The translations under genes were made by a program, and so were the position numbers. The notes under the pieces were generated by a model. The model was given only the letters and a program-made list of their open reading frames with translations, was not told the origin of the DNA and ran no database searches. A stretch of DNA of 64,000 nt, from the NCBI GenBank assembly GCA_964558665.1, contig CAZLFA010000003.1, forward strand, positions 22,952-86,951. The letters are read 5' to 3'. The stretch is from an uncultured Syntrophaceae bacterium (GTDB lineage Bacteria > Desulfobacterota > Syntrophia > Syntrophales > PHBD01). Of the stretch, positions 36,517 through 43,440 are shown one piece after another; position 1 is the stretch's first letter; each line of letters begins with the position of its first letter.

Positions 36517-36825
36517 TTATGCCTGCTTTGTCTTTTTTGTCTTTTCAGCCTGATCTTCCTGACCTTTATAAAGCTCAAAGTAAGAATCTACTTTTTTGTA
36601 ATTCTCATCTACTGCCGATTTGAAATCATCGCGTCCTTTTTTGTAAGCTTTTACCCATTCGTCAACCGCGTTCTTCCCTTCGGGCGGAATCCACGGAGCC
36701 TGTTCCAATGAAACCTTTACCATCTTTTCCGCCTGTTCCTGAAGAATTGACAACGCGTTAAAGCTGCTGTCAAATGTTGTCTTGTAGAAATTGATCATTT
36801 TCTTGGCTACCTTTGCTTGATTCAT
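36517..36825 (-). CDS. short phasin-like protein, tandem paralogue 5 of 5 (most divergent, longer Lys-rich tail)
   Basis: The start is placed at the ATG at 36825 (RBS ggagga 9 nt upstream) rather than 36879. The sequence is MNQAKVAKKMINFYKTTFDSSFNAL...EQAPWIPPEGKNAVDEWVKAYKKGRDDFKSAVDENYKKVD. Confidence 0.7.
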   Translation of the reverse strand: MNQAKVAKKMINFYKTTFDSSFNALSILQEQAEKMVKVSLEQAPWIPPEGKNAVDEWVKAYKKGRDDFKSAVDENYKKVDSYFELYKGQEDQAEKTKKTKQA

Positions 36826-36919
36826 GTCTTTCGTTCCTCCATCAAATACTTTATTTTTTTTCCCTGTGGCATTTACCAAGCAATATAATAACCAATTTCA
36901 TTGTTGTCAAGGGTATTTT

Positions 36920-36932
36920 GTTGCATTGCAAC
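36920..36932. promoter_or_regulatory. candidate PhaR operator (TGC-N3-GCA palindrome) in the phasin-phaR divergent intergenic region
   Basis: gttgcattgcaac is a perfect 6+1+6 palindrome containing TGC-att-GCA. It lies 95 nt upstream of phasin-like gene 5 (minus strand) and 163 nt upstream of phaR (plus strand). My recollection is that Paracoccus PhaR binds TGC-rich CTGC-N3-GCAG-type repeats. Confidence 0.3.
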
Positions 36933-37094
36933 ATCCTCTTTTAACCAGGCGATCATTCCATATTTATAATTTATCTTTGTTTTACAGGTAATTAACTTTG
37001 TTTTTATTACTATGATGACCTTCTGCAAAATAATCTGTTGATTATTATATTGCACTGTGTCATGTATTAACAAAACTTACAAAGAGGTTCCGTT

Positions 37095-37556
37095 ATGTCT
37101 GAGAAACTGCAAATAAAAAAATATGAAAACCGTCGCCTTTACGATACCGAAAAAAGCGCTTACGTCACCCTTGACGACATTTCACAAATCATAAAGCAAG
37201 GGAGAACAGTTGAGGTCATCGATGTCAAAACGAAAGAGGATGTAACGGCATTTATACTTACACAGATCATTCTGGAACAGGCTAAAAAGAACAGCCTTCT
37301 GCCTGTCGCGCTTCTTCATATGATCATCCGTTTCGGTGACAACATCCTCAGCGACTTCTTTGACAACTACATTCAGCAGGTATTAAACAATTACCTTTCC
37401 TATCGGGCTCTTGTAGACGAACAGTTCAGAAAATGGCTCAACATGGGTAAGGGTGTATCCAATGTTACAACGTCTTCCTTCACCGACGTCTTACCCTTCA
37501 AACCATTTTTCGACCTCTTTAATGACAAAAAAACAACTGGTGAAACAAAAAACTGA
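37095..37556 (+). CDS. phaR: polyhydroxyalkanoate synthesis repressor PhaR
   Basis: 153-aa ORF. The N-terminus IKKYENRRLYDTEKSAYVTLDDISQIIKQGRTVEVIDVKTKEDVTAFILTQIILEQ is the hallmark PhaR DNA-binding domain (KKY.NRRLYdt..S.YvTL.d). Confidence 0.9.
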   Translation: MSEKLQIKKYENRRLYDTEKSAYVTLDDISQIIKQGRTVEVIDVKTKEDVTAFILTQIILEQAKKNSLLPVALLHMIIRFGDNILSDFFDNYIQQVLNNYLSYRALVDEQFRKWLNMGKGVSNVTTSSFTDVLPFKPFFDLFNDKKTTGETKN

Positions 37557-37557
37557 C

Positions 37558-37830
37558 ATGACACCTGAAATGAAATGTAAAATCGACGCCGTGCTGGACA
37601 GGGTCAAGGACCCCGAGAGCGATCTCCCCATTTCACATTTGGGCGTGGTTAAGCGTCTGCGGTATAACGAAGAGAAAAAAATGCTCTATGTCTTTACCGA
37701 TTTTTACAGCCATCTGCCTAAATGTGTAACGTGTGCCGCCATTGCCAATACCATTGCCTCTACTATTATAAGAGATCTCCAGTCAGAACTCCAGAAAGAA
37801 TTCCCGCATCTGTCCATTGAATTTGTATAA
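37558..37830 (+). CDS. small DUF59/MIP18-like protein, translationally coupled to phaR
   Basis: The ATG at 37558 lies 1 nt after the phaR stop. VLDRVKDPESDLPISHLGVVKRLRY resembles the DUF59 motif (V.DPE....i.dLGlV). A CxxC motif is present (KCVTCAA). The ORF-track start at 37453 overlaps phaR and is rejected. Confidence 0.5.
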   Translation: MTPEMKCKIDAVLDRVKDPESDLPISHLGVVKRLRYNEEKKMLYVFTDFYSHLPKCVTCAAIANTIASTIIRDLQSELQKEFPHLSIEFV

Positions 37831-37831
37831 C

Positions 37832-38350
37832 TTAGAAGAATCTTCCAAATCTCAGCGCCGCATACATGGGATCGTTATCGGCCCTGAGATTGGCAACCAT
37901 GACCACATGCGATTTCTCCTCCTTGGCAATCTTTTCAAAAAACTTTTTCTGTTCCTTGTCTTTCGATAATTTTGCCAGTTCCGTATAAAGCAGGATCGCA
38001 TTTTTTTCCGCAGCCATGGCAATCGCCGCTGCTTCGGCAACCGTCGTTATCTTCTCCAGGCGTTTGTTGACCGATTCGCCCCTTGGGAACAGTCCTTCCT
38101 GCACGATGGTTTCCAGATAGGCGTCTATGTCCGGGTTTTTAAGGCACTGGTCGATTCCTTTGCCTTCAGCCTTCGCCTTAAGCTCCATGAATATCTGCAG
38201 GTGCGAAGCCTCTTCCTTGGCCAGACTCACAAAGAGGTCCTTCAGTTCCTTGTCCGGAAACTTTTTTGACGCCTTCATGTAAAAATCCATTCCGCTTTTT
38301 TCCGCCTGTATCGCAAAATCAAATACCCCCAGACTTTCCCTCTTAGCCAT
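37832..38350 (-). CDS. ferritin-like/rubrerythrin-family diiron protein (no rubredoxin domain)
   Basis: The start is placed at the ATG at 38350 (RBS aggagg). Two E...ExxH-type helices are present (AIQAEKSGMDFY...LAKEEASHLQIF and AMAAEKNAILLY...IAKEEKSHVVMV), characteristic of the rubrerythrin/ferritin-like diiron fold. Confidence 0.75.
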   Translation of the reverse strand: MAKRESLGVFDFAIQAEKSGMDFYMKASKKFPDKELKDLFVSLAKEEASHLQIFMELKAKAEGKGIDQCLKNPDIDAYLETIVQEGLFPRGESVNKRLEKITTVAEAAAIAMAAEKNAILLYTELAKLSKDKEQKKFFEKIAKEEKSHVVMVANLRADNDPMYAALRFGRFF

Positions 38351-38395
38351 GGTGAATCCTCCTTTCATGATTACGGTACATTGACAACGGTATAT

Positions 38396-38767
38396 TCAGA
38401 AGACAGATTTCCTTCCCTCCTTGAGTCCTTTTTCCATTTCGGCCGTCCCTTTGCATTCAGGCGGTACAGGGATCTCATCAGCGGGATCGCAAGGAGACCC
38501 ACTCATGGTCTTGGCAGCGCATCTCCCCGTCCTCACCCCCACATCATAGCAGGACATCGGCGCACTCTTCGACGTTCCGGCCGTCGTCGCCTGAGGTGCA
38601 GTGACTTTCGTTCCGGCAGGCACCGCTTGCGGCGCCTGAGTCGTTGTGCTCTTCGCCTGTTCCGGGGCTTTCGGCGGGGCATCTTTGCCGGAATCACCGC
38701 AACCGCCCAATATCAGGCAGAATGGTAACAGACATACAAACATCCGGAAAACAATTTTTTTCATCAT
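38396..38767 (-). CDS. lipoprotein, Cys-containing C-terminal domain, function unknown
   Basis: The start is placed at the ATG at 38767 (RBS aaggagg), overlapping the upstream gene stop as ATGA. Signal peptide plus lipobox: MMKKIVFRMFVCLLPFCLILGGC. A low-complexity Ala/Pro/Thr/Gln linker follows, then a C-terminal domain with 5 Cys. Confidence 0.7.
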   Translation of the reverse strand: MMKKIVFRMFVCLLPFCLILGGCGDSGKDAPPKAPEQAKSTTTQAPQAVPAGTKVTAPQATTAGTSKSAPMSCYDVGVRTGRCAAKTMSGSPCDPADEIPVPPECKGTAEMEKGLKEGRKSVF

Positions 38768-39438
38768 ACCTCCTTGCTGCTTTTTAATACTGACGGGATC
38801 CAGCGATATATGGGTGCAAAAGCGCCCGCAACCGAGTCTTTGCGGGGTATTATAAAGACAAAGCACCTCTTCATTTCAGGCACTAGCGCAATATGGCGCA
38901 CGCAACCCGGATCCGGGTTATCGCTCACGAATCCTGCCAGTTTGTCTCTTATCTGGTTGTTCTGATAATACATTCTATAATCCCATGCACCCCACCTGAT
39001 CGATTCCTGTTTCAGACGGTCGGCATTTGTGATCTTCGGACCGCGAAAACCGGCATAGCCTGATTCTATCAGATGCCCCTCCCCTGCAGGCGGCCTCTTC
39101 AGATGCATGGTGATGAAGAGCCTATCGAACTTGCGTATCAGTTTGGAAATCGGCAGCCAGAGCCAGGAATGCCGGGGAAGAAAGGTAATCGTTGCCTCTA
39201 CCTTTTCCACAGGATCGTCTTTCCTGGTTACAAGGGTCGCATGATAGCCGATCAGACCGCCGATGTTGGTGAAGGTCTGGTCGACAGGCTTGACGACATC
39301 GACAAGATCGTTGAATGCCGACGAAAAAAGCCGGAAGTTGACCTTCTTGCCCCAGAAGTAGCCGAAGCCGAGCAGCGCAGAGAATGCGATAAACAGATAA
39401 AAGAGAGGCTCGCTGGCCAAGTGCTCATACTCAAACAT
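38764..39438 (-). CDS. hypothetical N-terminally membrane-anchored protein (ArsA-operon member)
   Basis: 224-aa ORF with one N-terminal TM helix (PLFYLFIAFSALLGFGYFWG) and then a soluble domain. No family recognised. It overlaps the ArsA-like gene by 8 nt and the lipoprotein gene by 4 nt. Confidence 0.6.
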   Translation of the reverse strand: MFEYEHLASEPLFYLFIAFSALLGFGYFWGKKVNFRLFSSAFNDLVDVVKPVDQTFTNIGGLIGYHATLVTRKDDPVEKVEATITFLPRHSWLWLPISKLIRKFDRLFITMHLKRPPAGEGHLIESGYAGFRGPKITNADRLKQESIRWGAWDYRMYYQNNQIRDKLAGFVSDNPDPGCVRHIALVPEMKRCFVFIIPRKDSVAGAFAPIYRWIPSVLKSSKEV

Positions 39439-40399
39439 TGGATTTATCCCCCCAGTTACTCAGATGAACAGTAAGGTCTTCCGGAATATCGTACAGCCGG
39501 TGCTGCCGGTTGCTGTAAAACTCTTTTGATAGAGCTACTTGCTGCAACGGAACGTCCTTCATTATTTTGTGAAATGAATTTTCCACCTGCTCAGCCATCG
39601 CACTATTCTCCCCGGTGAGTTTGTTGTTGATAAGCAGCCTCACCGGCATCTTCAGGTCTCCGAGACCTTCAAGCAGCCTTTCAGATTCCCGCAGTGACAG
39701 CAGGTCGGGGTTGAAGACAACAACGACCCCGCACCTTTTCCCCTGCAGAACAGTAGTCAAATCCAGGTAGTTTTTGTGAAGTTCCTTCAGCCGGTTCAGT
39801 ATATCATCATCCTTTTCGTCGAACTTTAGCCGTTCTTCCTGGTGCCCCTCATCCTTCTCCTTGTCCAACGGCCTTCTTATTTTCTGAATCGTATGACGAC
39901 GATCCAGGATGTGCCGTCTGATCTGCTTCAACCGGTCTACCCAGGTAATCGTTACCTGTGGAAGCGCGAGAAACCTCAGCGTCAACCCTGTCGGCGGCGT
40001 ATCGAATATGATGTAGTCGTATTCGTTTTCCCGCCGGATCGTCTCCTCGATGCCCGTCAGCAGCGCATACTCCTCTATGCCCGGTGAATACTTGAGGACA
40101 TTGAAATACTTGTCAAGATTCAGCGCCTGCAGGTACTTGTATGTATGGGTCAGGACATTGATTTCCCGATCCAGATAATCGCGGGTCAGTCTTTTTAAAT
40201 CGATCTCCCGAAGCCACAGATTATCGGTGAAACGATGTGATTTCCTTTTCAAACTGACCCCGAAGATGTCTCCCAGGTTATGGGCGGGATCCAGCGACAC
40301 AATGAGAACGCGGTAACCTTGGGAAAGCTGCCAGGCCGTTGCTGCGGCCATGGTCGATTTGCCTACGCCGCCCTTTCCGGTAAAAAAGAGAATCCGCAT
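39431..40399 (-). CDS. ArsA/Get3-family (SIMIBI class) ATPase, single-domain
   Basis: 322-aa ORF. The deviant Walker A is MRILFFTGKGGVGKST, followed by LIVSLDPAHNLGDIFG. The family signature is IIFDTPPTGLTLRFLALP (DTAPTGHTLRLL-type). No CxxC Get3 zinc motif noticed. Confidence 0.85.
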   Translation of the reverse strand: MRILFFTGKGGVGKSTMAAATAWQLSQGYRVLIVSLDPAHNLGDIFGVSLKRKSHRFTDNLWLREIDLKRLTRDYLDREINVLTHTYKYLQALNLDKYFNVLKYSPGIEEYALLTGIEETIRRENEYDYIIFDTPPTGLTLRFLALPQVTITWVDRLKQIRRHILDRRHTIQKIRRPLDKEKDEGHQEERLKFDEKDDDILNRLKELHKNYLDLTTVLQGKRCGVVVVFNPDLLSLRESERLLEGLGDLKMPVRLLINNKLTGENSAMAEQVENSFHKIMKDVPLQQVALSKEFYSNRQHRLYDIPEDLTVHLSNWGDKSNV

Positions 40400-40680
40400 C
40401 AGTCAACCCCCAGGATACCGATCATTTCCGCCAGCATATCTGATGTATCTTCCGCCCTGCGGTTCAGGATATCAAACTCCCTTTCCATAAAAGGCAGCAA
40501 CTCTACGGAAAGGAATGTAGGCGGTGACGGAAGGCCGACGAAGGAACCGAGGATCAGCAGGGCAAAGATATTCTCCATCTCCTGCAATTCGACACAGGTG
40601 AGTGATACCAGGCTTTCACGCTGGGCGGTGTCCATGTCGGAGATAATCTGTTTACAGAATCTCAGGAGCTTCGCTGTCAT
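40399..40680 (-). CDS. hypothetical 93-aa helical protein with central hydrophobic segment (ArsA-operon member)
   Basis: The stop overlaps the ArsA-like start (TGATG). The sequence is MTAKLLRFCKQIISDMDTAQRESLVSLTCVELQEMENIFALLILGSFVGLPSPPTFLSVELLPFMEREFDILNRRAEDTSDMLAEMIGILGVD. No family recognised. Confidence 0.55.
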   Translation of the reverse strand: MTAKLLRFCKQIISDMDTAQRESLVSLTCVELQEMENIFALLILGSFVGLPSPPTFLSVELLPFMEREFDILNRRAEDTSDMLAEMIGILGVD

Positions 40681-40762
40681 TTTTTTACATTAAGACTGAA
40701 GAAAACCGGCGCACAGGAAACAAATCCGTGCGCCGGCATATTAAGAAAATGAAGGGGTGCCG

Positions 40763-42538
40763 CTACTCCTTCCGCGACTTGACGAAGTCGACAATAAAGA
40801 TGATGTTAAGCAGCAGCATGATACCCATGATGATCTGCACCGTCCAACCGGGTCCGGGCTGTTTGGCAATGGCTCCCGGCATGACAACATACATGAACCA
40901 GACGATGGCCGAAGAAACGGTGATCCAGAGAATCCAGGCCGGCACTACCGCCATGATGGCAAAGTTGGACTTCAGCTTCTTCGATACGTAGGCCGCACCG
41001 GTCATGAGGGCTATGGACGCGATGAGCTGGTTTGCCGCGCCGAAGGACGGCCAGACGATGGTGAAGTTCTTGCTCCATGCCAGGTAAACGCCGATGGCGG
41101 CAGGGACCAGGGAGGCTATCCATCGATTGGTGAGAACGTTATACAAACCTTCCGCGGCGTTCTTCACCGGAGCCAGCATCTCCACGAGGCAGTAGCGGGC
41201 GATGCGGTTCGTCGTGTCAAGCGTAGTGAGTGCAAAAGCTGATATCCAGAGGCCGCAGATGACCTTGACCAGTTTCGTCGGAATGAAGGCCAGGAAACTG
41301 GCTGCCACCATGTCAGCATAGGTTTGGATGACGAGGTTGGCCTGGGACATCTTCAGGGTTTCCGAAGTTTTGGTGAAGAGCGCTCCCCAGTTGTCCATGG
41401 TCAGTGCAAACGGCGCCGCCACATAGGCTGCGCCTGTTGCCGCCGCCTTGGCCGCGTCCGCTGCTATCTGGGCGGCATGGGCGTTCTTCAGGGCAGTGTA
41501 GCCGAACCCGCCGATGGCGCAGATGACCAGGGTGGAGAGAAATCCTTCCGTGAACATCGAGCCGTAACCAATGAACAGCGCGTCACTCTCCTTGGAGATC
41601 TGTTTGGAGGAGGTACCCGAAGCCACCAGTGAATGGAAACCGGAAAGCGACCCGCATGCGATGATCAGCGGAATTGCCGGCCAGAACGGCGTCTCCTTGC
41701 CTCCCATCAGGACGGGGGCGAATGTTGAATACGCCGGGATCTCCATTCCTCTGAAAGTAAAGACCGCAGCGGCAAAACCGACAGCGATACCGAAGTAGAG
41801 GAGGAAGGAGTTCAGGTAGTCCCGAGGCTGGAGGAGGATGTTCACCGGGATGGCCGCGGCGATGATGATGTAGATGAAGAGCACCACCAGCCAGACCTCA
41901 AAGCTGGCCTTGATGGGTGTCAGGGTTCCCAGCCAGATGGCTACGCACATGAGGATGATGCCGATGACCGTGGCAATCGGCAGATTCATCTTCACCCGGT
42001 AGATGAGAACACCCAGGATGATGGCGGCAATCGTCACGTACACGGATGCTCCGGCAATCTCCGGCGTCTTCACGAACATCGAGGAGATGACGGTTGCAAA
42101 GGCCGCTACGACAAGGATCAGCAGGAAGAAGACGATCCAGTAGAAGGCCGTGCCCGTGCGTTTGGAGATCAAATCTGATGCGACAAACTGGACCGACTTG
42201 CCGTCATAGCGGATTGATGCCATGAGAGCCAGATAGTCATGGACAGCGCCGATAAAAACATTGCCTATCCATACCCAGAGCAGGCCGGGAAGCCATCCCC
42301 AGCACATGGCCAGCGCCGGCCCGATGATGGGCCCCGCACCGGCAATCGAGGAAAAGTGATGCCCGAAGAGAACCACGCGGTGCGCCGGGACGTAATCGAT
42401 GCCGTCGTATAGCCTCTTCGACGGTGCCTCTATCTCGTCCGAGGCCTTCACCACGTCGCGCTCTATCTTCTTGCCGTAAGTAAAATAGAGCCCCATGTAA
42501 AGAACGAAACCGATAATAATGATGATGGTTGTGGTCAT
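40763..42538 (-). CDS. cstA: carbon starvation protein A (CstA family peptide/pyruvate transporter)
   Basis: 591-aa polytopic ORF with RBS aaggagg. YVPAHRVVLFGHHFSSIAGAGPIIGPALAMCWGWLPGLLWVWIGNVFIGAVHDY is the CstA N-terminal signature. Confidence 0.9.
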   Translation of the reverse strand: MTTTIIIIIGFVLYMGLYFTYGKKIERDVVKASDEIEAPSKRLYDGIDYVPAHRVVLFGHHFSSIAGAGPIIGPALAMCWGWLPGLLWVWIGNVFIGAVHDYLALMASIRYDGKSVQFVASDLISKRTGTAFYWIVFFLLILVVAAFATVISSMFVKTPEIAGASVYVTIAAIILGVLIYRVKMNLPIATVIGIILMCVAIWLGTLTPIKASFEVWLVVLFIYIIIAAAIPVNILLQPRDYLNSFLLYFGIAVGFAAAVFTFRGMEIPAYSTFAPVLMGGKETPFWPAIPLIIACGSLSGFHSLVASGTSSKQISKESDALFIGYGSMFTEGFLSTLVICAIGGFGYTALKNAHAAQIAADAAKAAATGAAYVAAPFALTMDNWGALFTKTSETLKMSQANLVIQTYADMVAASFLAFIPTKLVKVICGLWISAFALTTLDTTNRIARYCLVEMLAPVKNAAEGLYNVLTNRWIASLVPAAIGVYLAWSKNFTIVWPSFGAANQLIASIALMTGAAYVSKKLKSNFAIMAVVPAWILWITVSSAIVWFMYVVMPGAIAKQPGPGWTVQIIMGIMLLLNIIFIVDFVKSRKE

Positions 42539-42815
42539 TTACTTCCTCCTTTCCATTAATTGAAATAATAAATATCCTTCTGTTTTTATTCCGTGATGCT
42601 ACTTAATAATTTCACGGTAATTTTAAACCTATGCAAAATGCCTGTCAAGATAAATATTTAAAAAGACGGGATAAAATGACTTTATTTCTCCTTTCGTCAA
42701 AGAGGTGAAATCCAAAACCCGCTTCTCCAGTCTGCGGCGGTGACAACCTGTAACACGAATTTCTCATTTCTTTTGAAATTGATTGCACAATGCATAATTG
42801 CCGCCTTGCCTGAGA

Positions 42816-43403
42816 TCACATGATTTTTTTACCGTACCTTAATTCGATATCATCCAGTTCCACGACCTCGAAACGTTCGGCCTTGCGATGCAGTTCAAAG
42901 ATGCCCTTGATGCCGCCGGAAACCCTGCCCTTGGCTTTCAGTTCATAATCATGAAGGGGCGCGTAGGCGTCCGTACCCTTTCCCTCGGGGGTAACTTTTT
43001 CCTGGGGCTCGTATCCCGGTTCCATGACAACGCCGTCGGGCAGTTCGGAGAAAAGACGCACAAGTTCCTGTCCCACTTCATGTGAATAGGTCTTATAGCT
43101 GAACTTAAAAAAGCCTCCGACGATTTCGCGGATAGATTTGACTTCCAGATTGATCTCTTTTTGCCGGTTTTTCAATGCGCTGTAGAGCAGTTCGTGCAGC
43201 CCGGCCTCCACAATCACGGTGCTGTGATCGTCCTTGCTTCCGATGAGATGCATAAGAAAATCGAGCGGGCTGTCGTCTTCCACGTGATACTCTTCTCCGA
43301 AAAAAGTTTCTCCGGTGATGCCTCTCCCCTCAAGGAAGCCGATCACGAAACCCTTCACCAGATCAAGGGATCCTCCCACAACGACTTCATAGTATGTTTT
43401 CAT
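42816..43403 (-). CDS. hypothetical cytoplasmic protein (195 aa), downstream of and same strand as the permease
   Basis: The start is placed at the ATG at 43403 (RBS caggaggag). The sequence is MKTYYEVVVGGSLDLVKGFVIGFLEGRGITGETFFGEEYHVEDD...ELKAKGRVSGGIKGIFELHRKAERFEVVELDDIEL. No family recognised. Confidence 0.55.
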   Translation of the reverse strand: MKTYYEVVVGGSLDLVKGFVIGFLEGRGITGETFFGEEYHVEDDSPLDFLMHLIGSKDDHSTVIVEAGLHELLYSALKNRQKEINLEVKSIREIVGGFFKFSYKTYSHEVGQELVRLFSELPDGVVMEPGYEPQEKVTPEGKGTDAYAPLHDYELKAKGRVSGGIKGIFELHRKAERFEVVELDDIELRYGKKIM

Positions 43404-43440
43404 TATGTACTCCTCCTGTTGTTCTCCCCGCATGCCATAA

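Noticed and set aside
35230-36825. Regular periodicity of about 300-340 bp that could suggest a non-coding tandem repeat or CRISPR-like array.
   Set aside because: Each unit is a complete ORF with its own RBS and conserved protein core. The period is far too long for CRISPR, and there are no short identical direct repeats.
36867-36882. Sigma-54-like element TGGCATttaccAAGCA (GG-N10-GC spacing) pointing toward phaR.
   Set aside because: The -12 box is AAGC instead of TTGC. The element is 212 nt from the phaR ATG, and no enhancer-binding protein is encoded nearby. It is too weak to call.
38381-38728. Arg-rich 115-aa plus-strand ORF.
   Set aside because: It is antisense to the lipoprotein gene. 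The extreme Arg/Ser/Gly composition is typical of the reverse frame of an Ala/Pro/Thr-rich coding region.
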